Shown here piece by piece: positions 1-12,669 of a stretch of 64,000 nucleotides of DNA. The stretch lies in NCBI RefSeq assembly GCF_964188315.1, contig NC_135658.1, positions 29,078,001-29,142,000 of the forward strand, given 5' to 3'. The first letter of the stretch is position 1. Every line of letters begins with the position of its first letter. This DNA is from Podarcis muralis. Taxonomy: Eukaryota. Both the position numbers and the translations under genes were made by a program. The notes beneath the pieces were generated by a model. It saw only the letters and a list, made by a program, of their open reading frames with translations, did no database searches and was not told where the DNA came from.

Positions 1-873
1 AGCCCCTAGATGATCCTCGGAGTCCCTTCCAACCCCACTATTCCTTAAGTTGCAATTCACTGTGGGAAAACAGCAACAAAACCTCTTGCCACTAAGAAGA
101 CCAGCAAGAGGCATCAGCAATGGAGTAATCAGTTTAATCTCTCCTCATTAAACAATGAAATGGATGGCTTGCTGCAGCTGCATGGAACTCATCTGAGGGC
201 CAAGCAGATAGGAATAACTATTTTTAAAGGGTGAAGTATCTCAGTGCAAGAAACTGCTGTCCTAAGAGTAGGGGCTTTAAGATTCCATCTCAGCACTTGT
301 TGCTTGGTGCTGAGATGGAACCCCATGTCACTAGATCTGAAAGCTCAGCACTGGCTGCCAGTGAGCTACTGAACCCAATTCAAGGCATTAAGCACTAGTG
401 CACAAAGCCCTAAATGGCTTAGGACCCAAGTACCCCAAAGAGCATCTTGTCCAATATTAACCATCTCAGGCTTTACCAATGTTAGGAGACCCTGCTGCTG
501 CAGGTAGGTTGCTGCCTTTGATTTGTAACAGCAGTTCCCCACTTATGGGAATGCCCTCCCTGGTGAGGCATGACTGTCTCCATCATTATTAATATTCAGG
601 AGGAATATAAACACCTTCCTGTCAACTTGGGCACTTAATGGCTGAAAAATACTACTCCTGGCAAACTTGTAATTATTTGCTGTGAGGATATGTGATTGTT
701 TTTAAATGGTGTTGTTTGTCTGCCACACCCTTTGGGAGGAAGAACAGGATAGAAAGAGAATGAAAGAAATAAGCAAACAAACAACTGCTTTTACACACGG
801 ATGCCATATCTTATATGACTAGTTATATATCATGGTTGCTTCCCAGCCACAAATACTTGGGTGATTATGGAGC

Positions 874-1008
874 NNNNNNNNNNNNNNNNNNNNNNNNNNN
901 NNNNNNNNNNNNNNNNNNNNNNNNNNNNNNNNNNNNNNNNNNNNNNNNNNNNNNNNNNNNNNNNNNNNNNNNNNNNNNNNNNNNNNNNNNNNNNNNNNNN
1001 NNNNNNNN
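874..1008. other. Assembly gap (135 N)
   Basis: Run of N bases. ORFs crossing it are artefacts. Confidence 0.99.
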
Positions 1009-3189
1009 CTGCAATGGCTAGCATAATCTTCTGTATGTGAGTGAAAGGGAATCCTTTTTTACTTTGCCACAGCTTTACCAACTCACTAAACAACAAAACT
1101 GTGAGCTATTTGTAGCGTGTAAGAGTGAAGGGACTTCTACCTCATTAGGAACTGGGATCAGGCATATGAAAAGCATTTTTTTTACACAAGGTCTTTTTTG
1201 TTTAACTTTTGCTTAACTCTCTACTCGGCCCCATATTTGACTATTCTGCTTCTTCTTTTGCATTTGGGCACTTGTGCAACATGCTTGCCCAAACATGAAT
1301 TACAAGGTTTTAAAACATTTGGTTGTTGTTCAGTACACAAATATTAGCTTTGCATTCCATTTTGGAAGGAGGCAGAACAATTGTCTTCGGATATAAATAC
1401 AGTAGGAATTTCAACATATATTTGAAATGAAAGGCGCTGCTTCAACTATGTAGACAAATTTCCATATTGCTTGATGTACTTGTGATTAGTCATATAGTGG
1501 ATATCAGAGAATCAATCAAATCAAAAGATGGATAGCCTCCAAGCTTCATATGAATACTAAACACCAGAAAACCCATCCAGTTGAAGAAAAACTGTATTTG
1601 ACTGCAATTGATTTAGACAGGACTATGAAGAATAAAGTAGATGAAGGAAGACACTGCATGTCACATGTCATAAACCATTTAAGGCAGCATTCCTAGACTT
1701 TACAAGACTTGTTTTCCTTGGACCAAAATCACTGGGATGCATGGTTATCTAGGGAGAATACTTGGATGCCACTTAAGTTTTTAAAATAAAGTTTAGTAAG
1801 TTTTCATTCCAATTCAGAAATAAACTGAAAAAAACAAGTATTTAGTCTGGTCATGAAATCAGAAAGGACACAGAATGTGGGTGACAGACAAATATAGTCA
1901 AGGCACACAAATATCTATCCAGGAAAACGTCTTATTCAGGTTATAGTCCCTATACTTTAAAGAAAACGCTCAAAATTGGTACATATATGAACAAATCATA
2001 TTGCAGTCTTAGAAAGAAATCTACTTTTGGCCAGGCTTTCCACATTATAATGGACATTGAAAAGTTTGGTTGGTTCTTAACAACTATTTGCTTTCCTTCT
2101 GTTCACACAGCCTGCAGCAAAGCACCATTGCTCTAACACACATTATGACAGCCAACAATGAATTTCATTATCGACTCTCTTCAAAGACACTGCTGTTGAC
2201 AGATGTTACAAAGTTGCCATTTGAAAAATCAGGAAAACTGCCTTGACACTTATTCCTCTTTGAAGGGCCTGAATTATCTTGGGACCGCCCATCTTCACCT
2301 TTTCATTGCTGATGCCACCTCATCATCTATTTAATCAACTCCCTGCCCCCTCCTCACTTCCAAATAACTGAATTGTTTTATTTCACAAGTTACTCCAACA
2401 TCTGGTACAACTAGCCTGAAGTCTGAGCTTGTCCAGCTAAGAAGTGCTTGGTGTTATCTGCATATAATACTACAATTGCAGAAAAAATGTCATTTTCTCA
2501 AAAGACTTGAATGGTGACCAAAATGTATTTAAGGTGCTCAACACTACAATATCAATGGGACATGCTTTTAGCAGAACCCACTCCATGTACCGTATACTAA
2601 GAAATAAAGCATTTTGAGTTCAATAGCAGATACAGTCCAATTGTTCCTATTTACCAGGAATATTTCCTATTTTCTGAGACTTACCAATACAAATCTGATC
2701 TATTCCAGTACAACTTTTAATGGAAAATCCTTAAAATGCCATGTGGAATCACACATTTTAAGAACAACAACAACAATAATAAAGGTACTTATGAAGTGGT
2801 CCAAGGGCAGTAGCGTTTTTTCCAAGCACTATACACAGAAAAACATAGACTTGGGAACCAAGTCAATGCATTCACCTTTCATTCACTCTTCATGCCTAGC
2901 CAAATAGGAAATGTTGCTGAATGTGTTTTAATTGTAGCTATTCCTTAATTAGAACCAGAGCCAGATCCACTGTGAGAGTAAATATTTCACTAGAACACCA
3001 GCCTCACTCCAGGATACTCTAAAGAGCTCAAGGAGGCTAACACCCCCCCCCCCTTTTCCATATTTCAGCTGGTGCTCAAGGCGTCTGGTCTCTGAATTCT
3101 GGAGGCCACCGAATATGCTCAGACATCAGCACAGCTGGGATGGGGGGCAGGTTACACTTTTTAGGATTTAGACATTTTGTAATTCTTAC

Positions 3190-3257
3190 TTCTGCACTCC
3201 TCAAGATTCACCAGAGCATCCTATTTTCCACTTGTTCCTCAATAGCCCTGTTTGGAC
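3190..3257 (-). other. Candidate non-coding (5'UTR) exon of a leftward gene
   Basis: Minus strand ttttgctgcag|GTCC...AGAA|gtaaga. All three frames contain stops. Lies downstream of the CpG island and the donor at 5324. Confidence 0.4.
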
Positions 3258-4879
3258 CTGCAGCAAAACATGGCAGTGTTTTTCAACTCCAAGCACAAGA
3301 GCTGCTGTTCAGAGTTCCTGCTTGCCCCCTATACCTTCTCCAGGAATTGGGATGTTCCCAGGTTACAACCATCATCCTTCACCATACTGCTGATGAGAAC
3401 TGGAAGTTAAACAACATCTGGAGGGCCACACCACTGCCACGAGGTATAAGACTTGAAGAAGGCAATTCCATTTCCACCTATGCACAATTTTTTTTCAGTT
3501 GACGTGTAACTGTTCCATAACTGTTGAGCATATTACTCAACAGCACATTGAGTTGTTGTTTTCTTTGGGGTGTGGGTGTGGGTGGGTTGTTTCATTTTTG
3601 CTCTTCTGCAAACCTCAGAATATTCCAGAATATGCTGAAACCACCTCTTCGTTCCTCAGCTGTTCTGTTTTGACTCCATTTTTTTCATTGCCTGAATTTG
3701 CTAATCGAGGAAGTTACAATACTTTGGAACTAGTTGTTCAGTTTATTAAAGGTACAATTAGGTGAGACAATGCAAGGTTTCTCGCCTTTTATTTTAAAAA
3801 CTATGGGACAGGGTGGAAAGTGTGTATGGCAACTGTGTTTCCCCAATATGTTAAATAGAAGCTTCAAGGGGACTTAAAAAATGTTTTAAAAAATTGTGCC
3901 ATTAACACTGCTTACTCCAAATCCAATCGAGAGCTAATAAATTCTGTCTTGTTTCATCCAAACCCACCCTGCTTCAGAAAACATGTGTAGTGTATCAAAA
4001 CACAATTTTTGTTTGGGGCATCTCCCATTATTTGTATTTTATACTTCTTTTCCAGCTTTAATATGCCTAGTTCTTATATAAAGGACCAACCTTGGGATGG
4101 TCTGAAAGTACAGTAGCCCACCCAACAGCAAACCACGAGGCAGGCGTTTTGGCAAAAGTAATGATTTGTGATTTAATAAACCATGTTTCAAAATCCTAAT
4201 AGAGGCTTGGTGCCTTTACAAAGCACGCAACAGCCTGAAATTTAAGAGGGACCTGGGGATGTAGTGACAGAGGATTGACTATATTCAGCTGTTGTAAGAG
4301 GGACAGAGCCTGAGTCATAAAGAAATGTACTTAGCAGAAGTAGTCCAGTTGTTCAAATGCATATTGTGTGTGGGGGGGGGGGAGCACTCTGTACATACTT
4401 TACCCTTGGGCTGATTTATCACAAAGCATGCAATGCACACTATCTGCTGCACATGTTGAATTATATCACAGCCACCCTACCTGCTGATTCAATGCACCCC
4501 TGGTTCTCTCAACACCCAGTGGCAACCAAATTACCTTTCTCTAGCCACTCTGTATTTGGATGGGGTACAAAAACAACTCCTCAATTAATACATATGTTCC
4601 TCACCAGCACTAGGAAATATAGTTTTTCGATGTGGCTGGGTTGTGTTGCTGTTTTTTACCTACTCCCAGTGTCCGAATCGCTGGGTACTTATTTTATGAA
4701 AACCGACTCTCCTTACAGCTGTCTTAAAGGGCTTTTAGGTTTTTGCAGTTTCACACTGAATGCCTCTCCCTCCCTCAAGTTTGGGAGAGGGACGACGAGA
4801 TGGCAGTCTTCGAAAACTGGTCGGGGGAAAGGACCATCAATACCTTTAGAAGAAGAGGAAAGAAGCTGCCATCTATGCA

Positions 4880-5670
4880 CGACAGTCTGGGAACAACATC
4901 CCCTTGAGACCAGGGGGAAACCAAACGCAAGCAAACAAAGCAGCTGTGGAGCAGTTCGCACCGAAAAACCCTGCCGCCTCCGGCGCTGGGTCGCCGAAAC
5001 CATCCCAGCCCATCTCGCCATATTGGCGACTCCAAGGGGGTCGCGTGTCGCTCACACAAACAGACACCTTGTGCCACCAGCTTTTGACAGGGAGCGGGGA
5101 ACCAAGCCAGGCTCGCCCACCTCAGCTTCCTTCCCTTTTCCCGCAGCTCCCGCCACGTAGAAATGAACGAAAGGGGAGAGCGGCGAGCGAGCGCGCACAC
5201 GCACACACAACATGCGCGCGCTCCGCTTCTTCCCCTCAGGAGCGACGGTTTCTCTCCCCACCTCGCTCTCAGCCAGCGCCCAGTTGTCTGCGCGCGCATC
5301 TCCCCCCACGCCCTCGCGCTCACCCGACACTAACCGCGTCCCCCTCGAAGCGCGTCTGCGCGCGCGCGGCCGCGAACATTTTGCTGACGTAGCCGAAGAC
5401 GCAACCCGCTCCCGCGCTTTGGGCTGGACGGCGCAGCGGCGCCACCTGGCGACCGTCTCCCTTTCTTCCACGCTCCCGTTCCGCCCGTCTTTCCCGCGCA
5501 CGCGCCCTCCTGTGGGAAGGCGGCGGCGGCGGCCCAGAAACAGCGTTACGTACTGGGGAGAGCGCGCGCACGCCGGCGCCTCGCGGTCACGTGAGGGAGG
5601 CAGGGCCGCGGCTCTCGGAGGGGCGGCGGGAAGAGGTGGTTGTCTGCGGGGTTCGATGGACCTCTCTTAA
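4880..5670. promoter_or_regulatory. CpG-island promoter with candidate first exon (minus-strand donor CGG|GTGAGC, exon end 5324)
   Basis: Dense CpG/GC tract. GGTCACGTGA E-box/CLEAR-type motif (~5585), NRF1-like GCGCGCA(C/T)GC motifs, YY1-like CGCCATATT (~5017), TGACGTA. No flanking TIRs or TSD seen. Confidence 0.8.
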
Positions 5671-5672
5671 GC

Positions 5673-5815
5673 GGGCTGTGGCGCAGTGGGTCAGCGCGCC
5701 TAGCTGTTGATCAGAAGCATGGTGGTTCAAGCCCACCTTGGGACGGCTGATGGCAAGATTCCTGTATTGCAGGGGGTCGGACTAGATGGCACCACGGGGT
5801 CCTTCCCTTCTCTAC
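5673..5815 (+). mobile_element. tRNA-derived SINE with CR1-like 3' tail
   Basis: Box A/B-like head (tggcgcagtggg...ggttcaagcc) followed by gggggtcggactagatgg...ggtcc, the CR1-type tail also seen at 1-45, ~10890-10940 and ~60570-60620. Confidence 0.7.
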
Positions 5816-6059
5816 GAAAGTAAAAGAGGTGTTGAAGGTCCTGAGCTGGTGTGATGGGCTAGGAGGGAGCGCGAAATTGGTTTGGGAAAGTAAAGAGAGA
5901 GGGAGCTTAAAATTTTTAACTTGGCAGCGAGCCCCAATTAAACCCTGTGGTACTGTAAATCTGTCCTCGACGGGTGAAGAGCGACATATTAAATAAATGA
6001 ATTAATAAATACTAGCAGTAAAACACTTCAGAGGCAGGGATGTGGCTAGCAAGGTCAGA

Positions 6060-6350
6060 AGAAGGAGGAAGCAGAATCATTTGAAAGAATTCAGTGTGGC
6101 AGCAACTGCACTTTGGAACTCCCTCCCTATTGATGCCAAGTGGGCACCTTCACTGTACACTTTTGGGTGCCCGCTAAAAGCATTTTTGTTCAGACAAGCC
6201 CACCCAGATGCTTAGGAAGTTGAGGTCATTTTAATCTGTTTTAGTTTTCTCGGATTTTATTGTTTTAGCTTGTAAAACGCTTTTGAGGTTTTTTGGGTTT
6301 TCCAATCAAACAGTGTATTAAATTTTACGAAATAAATAAATAAAAAGAGT
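6060..6350 (+). mobile_element. L2 LINE 3' fragment
   Basis: tggaactccctccct...ctaaaagcatttttgttc..., ending in an (AAAT)n tail. Similar to other L2 ends in the window. Confidence 0.6.
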
Positions 6351-6892
6351 GCTTTGGGGGCTTGAGGAATAGTTTGCTGAGGAGGAAAATAACAGCTTTG
6401 GAATTGCTAAGAGCCCAGCAGGATCTGAACAAAAACCCATCTAGCCCAACATTCTGGTTTCTAAAGCATGTCATAAAGTCAGGCAACAGGTTTTTTCCTG
6501 CTTTTCAGCAACAGGTATTCAGTGACACAGGACACGGAGATCTGCCTATCAAGGCTTTTAGCCATTTATATACCTTTTATCCATAAACATCATTGCTTTT
6601 AGAGCCTACCCAGGTAATGGCAGCTAATTCAGAAAATTAATTGTGTCATGTGAAGAAGTACTTAGTTCTGAAATCTACCATCCAGTTTCACTGGGTGATT
6701 TATCATTAGGTGTATAGATTTGGGATTGTCCCACCAAGAAAGATATCACTGCTGGGACCTGGCATAGGAAAGAGTGGTATATGCAACAGCAATGTCCCCA
6801 AATTTCATCCCAATATTGGAAGGTCTAGCATTGTTAGGCAGTTTGGAAAGGTGAATGGCTTAATTTAGGAAATTGACCTCTGTGTTCTGCAG

Positions 6893-6945
6893 ATCAGTTC
6901 TCATAATTAAATAACACACAATTCGGTGCTACTTAGCTGTGGAGG
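6893..6945 (+). other. Candidate non-coding exon of a divergent (plus-strand) transcript
   Basis: ctctgtgttctgcag|ATC...GAGG|gtaaga. Stops in all frames. Confidence 0.3.
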
Positions 6946-7392
6946 GTAAGAAGGTCGATAATGTGCACTGGGGCTGGCTTAAGAGAGGTCCTTTTGCTAA
7001 TTCTGCATCACAAACCTTTTGTTCAAGTCATACTTTGCAAGATAGAGAGAACAGGGAAGTGTTACACAGTGGTTCCTGTGAGCTTTTTGAGTACAGTAGT
7101 AGATTTCTTGAGAATCTCTAGGATTTACTGAAGTCAGGAGTTAATTATCCAGTAGGTGGCAGTGACAGAGTCTGTGCTGGCTCTGCTACACCATTAAATA
7201 GATATTAGATGTATCTTGGTGCAGGGAAGAGTCAATGCAGGGAAAATGATTTCATCTGCAATGCTCATCTATAAGGGCAACATGAATAGACTGAAGAAGT
7301 TGCATTTTCCTTCAGCTTGGTTGTTGGGGAACAAGATTATATCCTTGTTTCTGTTGTTGAACTCTGACTGGCTTGGGTGGGGGGAACATGTA

Positions 7393-7742
7393 AAAGGTAA
7401 AGGTACCCCTGACCTTTAGGTCCAGTTGCAGACGACTCGGGTTGCGGCGCTCATCTTGCTCTGTAGGACAAGGGAGCCAGCGTTTGTCTGCTTCCAGGTC
7501 ACATGGCCACATGACTAAGTCACTTCTGGCAAAACCAGAGCAACACATGGAAACGCCATTTACCTTCCTGCCAGAGTGGTACCTATTTATCTACTTGCAC
7601 TCTGACGTGCTTTTGAACTGCTAGGTGGGCAGGAGCTGGGACCGAACAACGGGAGCTCACCCCGTCACGGGGATTCAAATTGCCGACCTTCCGATCGGCA
7701 AGCCCTAGGCTCTGGTTTAGACCACAGTGCCACCTGCGTCCC
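7393..7742 (-). mobile_element. Sauria (POM-type) SINE, full length
   Basis: tRNA-like head GGGACGCAGGTGGCACTGTGG on minus strand and (ACCTTT)n tail. 14-bp TSD ggggggaacatgta at 7379-7392 and 7747-7760. Confidence 0.95.
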
Positions 7743-9144
7743 TTTTGGGGGGAACATGTAGTAGGGGCTAAATGAAATCACCTGAAGTTACAACAACAAT
7801 AATTTTGGCACAGGGAACACTAAGAGCAAAATGTCTGTTGTGATTTCAATTCTCTCTATCCCTTTCTTTGCAAAAGCCCTAAACAAATAGTTGACTTAGG
7901 AGTAATAGCTGAATCCTGATTGAGCCATGCTTGGGTTTCGTGCTACATGAATCTATGACAGGTACAATGCAGTTCACCTACATACAAGGTGGTTTGTTTG
8001 CGGCATTTGACTAAAAAACCATCAGAACCAATTTAGATTAAATCTGACAAACACTTCATGTGATGTCTGCCAAAGTGCCCAATTCTATGAAACAGACAAT
8101 TTTGTAGAAACTATTTTGTTAATGGCTTGGCACTAAAAATATTTAGCTTGAAGGAAAAAGGGGTTGTCGGGGACACTTGAAGCACAGAATTTTTCAAGTC
8201 CTCATGAAAAATCATCATTTTAGGGTCAATTTAATCTAATATACACATGTCCGTGTGCAACCTCCCTTAATATATGCACTTTTGTTCTATCTGTATTTTT
8301 CTGCACACTTTATCCCAGTATATGCTTTACTTAGCTGCAGAACTGGACTGCAAAATTCAGATAAGTGTGAATTTCAAACGATAGCTGCGTTTTGGTTCTC
8401 ATATTGTTTCAGAACGTGTGGATTTGGTAGATCCACCTTTAAATGCGACCTGATTCGAATTTCTCCATCATCCCTAGGTGGAGGTCTTCCTGCATCCAGC
8501 CCAAAACAGTACTGCCAGCCTCTGCCTGTAAAGTTCTGCTAATGCCACACCACTAGCATGGGGTCCATATTTTGCCTGTGTGGGCCAGCAGAAGTGCAGT
8601 TGATGGACTGTCCCAAACTGAACTAGTCCCACCCTTGTCACCTGATGACATCAGGCCCAATTGCTAAGTCAGCTCTAGGCTGGTATAACTGCAGGCTGTT
8701 GCCTGCCCACCATGTTCCACCTCAGCTGGTGAATGCAGTGGTGGCTTAGCCCCTGAACGCATCCTACTGTTGCTTAATCGGGATTTGGATTCGTCTGCCA
8801 ATCAGGAAGCACAAAATAAAGCATTACAACTGTCTATGTAACCTTGCCTTTCTATCATATATAATTTTCTGAGCATGTCTCTTCAGGTGGTTGTTAAATG
8901 ATTCCTGTTTATTATTGATTCACTGTAACTCTTTTTAGCTTAAGCCCCTTTTCCTGTAAAGCAGTTAGATGAATAAAGTCCGTAATAAATACTGGCATAT
9001 TTACAGAAACAAGGCAGTAAACGTAGCGTCTCTAAGCAATAACATAGCCCAGCTACTATGCGAACCTAGTTCAAAATTCTATATCCAGAAGACATCACAA
9101 GAAGAGTCCTGATGGATTCAGACGTTAATTATGTTCCCCCAAAG

Positions 9145-9277
9145 CAGTGATGGCCAAACTTGGCCCTCCAGCTGTTTTGGGACTACAACTCCCATCATCC
9201 CTAGCTAACAGGACCAGTGGCCAGGGATTATGGGAACTGTTGTCCTAAAGCAGCTGGAGGGCCAAGTTTGGTCACCG
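9145..9277. mobile_element. Palindromic hAT MITE
   Basis: TIRs cagtgatggccaaactt / aagtttggtcaccg. Near-TSD ccccaaag / ccctaaag. Long internal hairpin arms. Confidence 0.85.
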
Positions 9278-9499
9278 CCCTAAAGAGTGACCAGATGCGT
9301 ATGGGGAACCCACAAGCAATAGCCCTCTGCCACAGTTGTTCCGCAGTGACTACCATTCAGAGACATATTGCTTCTGCTGATGGAGTAATGGATGATAGTC
9401 AACTAAGATTTACTTTCAGTAACCCGATTAAAATTAATGGACCTAACTAGGCATGCTCATTAATTTCACTGGGTCTGTTCTGAGTAAAACTTAGTTGAA

Positions 9500-9950
9500 T
9501 ACTAGCTTGGGTTACTGCAACTCACTCTATGTGGGGCTGCCTTCGAAAAGTTATGAAAAATGTCGACTGGCACTAAAAGCTGCAGCCACATTGTTGACTG
9601 GGGTTGGTTATAGGGAGCATACGGCTTCCTTATTATGGCAGCTACCAGTCTGTTTCCAGGCAAAATTCAAAGTGCTGGTTATGACCTATAAAGCCCTACA
9701 AGGCTTAGGTCCAAGCTATCAGAAATACCATGTTCCCTCATATAAACCTGCCCAATTTCTCAGATCTTTGGGGCGGGATGACTTATCTCAGTCCTGCCAC
9801 CCTCAAAGGCACGCTTGGTAGGGACATGGAGAGAGGGCCTTCTCAGTGGCTGCTCCCAGATTTTGGAACTCCCTAGAGAAGTTAGACTGGCTCCCTGTTT
9901 ACTGTCCTTCCACTGGCAGGCTCAGCATCAAAACACTGTTGGACAGCTGG
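9500..9950 (+). mobile_element. L2 LINE ORF2 3' fragment (decayed)
   Basis: Translation YCNSLYVGLP...AAATLLTG...LPVCFQAKFKVLVMTYKALQGLGP is the typical L2 ORF2 C-terminus. Confidence 0.9.
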
Positions 9951-10575
9951 TGTATGCTCTTAATGTAAACCCTTTTAGGGGGTAAAAATAAAGCCTTTCT
10001 GAACATTTAATTTGGGGGATGGGGGATGGGGACAGAATAGTTATTGGATACCAGAAGGAGCACGACACTACTGACTTGCAGTTCACGTGGACCAAGAACG
10101 AAAAGTGAAGCAATATCTCCTGTTGATAAACTCTCCTTATTTGTTCATCTTGTACAAGGGATATCCTGTTTGCAGCATACTCATTTATGTTTGGTATGCT
10201 GGCGATAAGCATCAAGGTCATCACTTAGCATGTCCTTTTGAACAAGGCTTTTAAAAATCTTCCGAAGGAGTTGCAGAGCTTTTAAGCCCCCACCACCCCA
10301 CTCAAAATACAGGGATGGGGGGGGGGGAAAGAAACTTGTTTTTGTAACTGGTTAACAGAGATTTTAAGTATTCCGGCAGTGTGGTAGAATTTCTGATATA
10401 GGAAAATTAAGCTCGTTTATCCTAAACGCTGTACTTTTAATCACATATTGTAGCTCATGTGATATAGAAAATACAAAGTTTGATAACATCATAGAAACTA
10501 ACTTGCTCGTTGCATTATAAGCTCTCGTAGGCAACTTCATGTACACTGCAGTTACCTCTATATGTTAACTCCTCT

Positions 10576-10641
10576 TCATCTCCTTCTGTGATCTACTAGT
10601 CTTCTACTTGCAGAATCATCTTTAGCATTAAAAAGAATGCT
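10576..10641 (-). CDS. Candidate terminal coding exon (SILFNAKDDSASRRLVDHRRR*) of unidentified gene
   Basis: Acceptor ctaatcctcttttag|AGC in phase 0, TGA at 10578-10576. In phase with upstream donors at 13008 and 13802. Confidence 0.45.
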   Translation of the reverse strand, partial: SILFNAKDDSASRRLVDHRRR

Positions 10642-10807
10642 CTAAAAGAGGATTAGACAAATCTGCAGAGGACTGGGCTATTAGTGGCTACTAACTGCAA
10701 TGGTGGCTATAGTCTGTTTTCACTGTCAGAGTCAATGTGCCTCTGAATAACAGTTGCTGGAAACTGCAGGTGAGCAGAGTGCCCTTGCAAACATGTCTCA
10801 GTCAGCC

Positions 10808-10940
10808 TTAGTCAGCTCAGTTGGTTAGAGTGTGGCGCTGATAACGCCAAGGTTGCAGGTTTGATCCCTGTATGGGACAGCTGCATTGCTGGGGGGTTGG
10901 ACTAGTTGATCCTCAGGGTCCCTTCCAATTCTATGATCCA
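10808..10940 (+). mobile_element. tRNA-Ile-derived SINE with CR1 tail, nested in an older repeat
   Basis: Head agctcagttggttagagtgtggcgctgataacgccaaggttgcaggtttgatccc resembles vertebrate tRNA-Ile. CR1-like tail. Interrupts the older repeat at ~10670-11030. Confidence 0.8.
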
Positions 10941-11156
10941 TCTTGCAGGCTTCCCACAGACATCTTGTCGGCCACTATGAGAACAAGGTGAGTGGACTAG
11001 ATAGGCCATTCACCTGATCTACCTGGCTAGTCTAATGTTTCTATGTAATATTTTGCTTCATAGGCAAATAATAGTGCTCTATGCTAATCATATTTAGGAG
11101 ACGCTTCGGAGTCTAAAAAAGAAAAAGGGGACCGATTTAGTTTCAGCAAGGGGACC

Positions 11157-11394
11157 CAGTGATGGAGCTTCATGCTCCGGCACCAGGGGAGGGGGCGGAA
11201 AGCAGTTGGGGGCAGGGCTAGCGCACGTCCCGGGGGCATGGTGCGCGGTGCGCTGCCCGCAGGGGCGTGGCACGCTGCCTGTGGAGGCGTGGTGCCCAGC
11301 ACAGGCGGGGCGGGGGCAGCTGCGATGGCACCCCACCAGGATCGTGCTGCCAGGGGCGGTGCGCTCCCCCCGCACTCCTCTTTCTCCGCCAGTG
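11157..11394. mobile_element. Non-autonomous hAT (Tip100-like) element with GC-rich interior
   Basis: Termini CAGTGATGGAG / CTCCGCCAGTG. Perfect 8-bp TSD AGGGGACC at 11149-11156 and 11395-11402. Confidence 0.88.
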
Positions 11395-12305
11395 AGGGGA
11401 CCCCTTCACCTAACCTACAGGGTTTTTTTGTTCATTTGTTTATGTACGTATGATGAGTATATTCCACTTATATAACAAAGTTCTCTGAGCATGTCCTATG
11501 AACCTAATGAAAATAAGTTCCAAAATCGCTCGCCATGGTGAGCTGGTGTCATTAGTCACTGGGTGAAGGGAGGAGCAGACTAGATCTGTCCAGAACTTCG
11601 TGTAACAGAAGAGTGTTTAGCATAGCTACTGGCTGTATGTGTAAACAATGGAAATCACATTTTTGCCACTGCATAACTTGTTGACTGGTTCTTTGAGAAT
11701 GTGATTCATGTGTATAACTTTTATATGGCGTCAGAGCAGCATGAAGTTAAATATTTAAACATCCATCTGGGCAGTATTTGAAAACATTAGCCCAACTTTA
11801 CGTACTTAATTTTATAATTTCAAGATGTGAAAAAAATCAGTTAAACAATTTAAATTTAATTCATAGGGTTCCCCCCTTCTTCTTTTTTTGTAATTTTTAA
11901 ACTCTCCATTGGGACAGATTGCTTATTAACTCCACCCTAAGGCTACAGATTGTGCAATATAATTGCCTCCATGATCTCACCTTCTGTCATTCTTTACTAC
12001 TTAACTGCATAACTGGACTGAAAAGTAACTGACTGTACTTTTTTTTAAAAAAAGTTTGAAAAAGCAGCTTAGTCAGTTTAGATATTTGCCCCTGCATATG
12101 TGTTCTGGGGTTTTATTGTTAGCAAAACACACACCCTCAAATTGTGTACAGTGAAATAAATGTTGTCATGTGTGGGTAATGTAACCTAACTCCCAGTTGT
12201 CAGAAAATGTCAAATTTAAGAGAGTGCTTGAGCTAAGGCAGTTTGAAAATCACTCCCATCTAAAATACTGCTTTCTCTTCCTAGGTCAGAAAATATAAAA
12301 TTATA

Positions 12306-12669
12306 AGGTAAAGGTAAAGGTACCCCTGCCCGTACGGGCCAGTCTTGACAGACTCTAGGGTTGTGCGCCCATCTCACTCTAGAGGCCGGGGGCCTGCGCT
12401 GTCCGCAGACACTTCCGGGTCACGTGGCCAGCGTGACAAGCTGCATCTGGCGAGCCAGCGCAGCATACGGAAACGCCGTTTACCTTCCCGCTAGTAAGCG
12501 GTCCCTATTTATCTACTTGCACCCGGGGGTGCTTTCGAACTGCTAGGTTGGCAGGCGCTGGGACCGAGCAGTGGGAGCGCACCCCACTGCGGGGATTCGA
12601 ACCGCCGACCTTTCGATCGGCAAGTCCTAGGCGCTGAGACTTTTACCCACAGCGCCACCCGCGTCCCCC
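12306..12669 (-). mobile_element. Sauria SINE, distinct CpG-rich subfamily
   Basis: Same head and tail as the other copies but a different 3' third. TSD aaaattata at 12297-12305 and 12670-12678. Confidence 0.93.

Noticed and set aside
4357-5670. Many overlapping 100-270 aa ORFs on both strands
   Set aside because: GC-rich CpG-island sequence lacks stop codons. The products are Arg/Ala/Pro-rich with no recognisable domain.
10808-10880. tRNA-Ile gene
   Set aside because: Degenerate stems and direct fusion to a CR1 tail show it is a SINE head. The same applies to 5673, 49480 and the Sauria heads.
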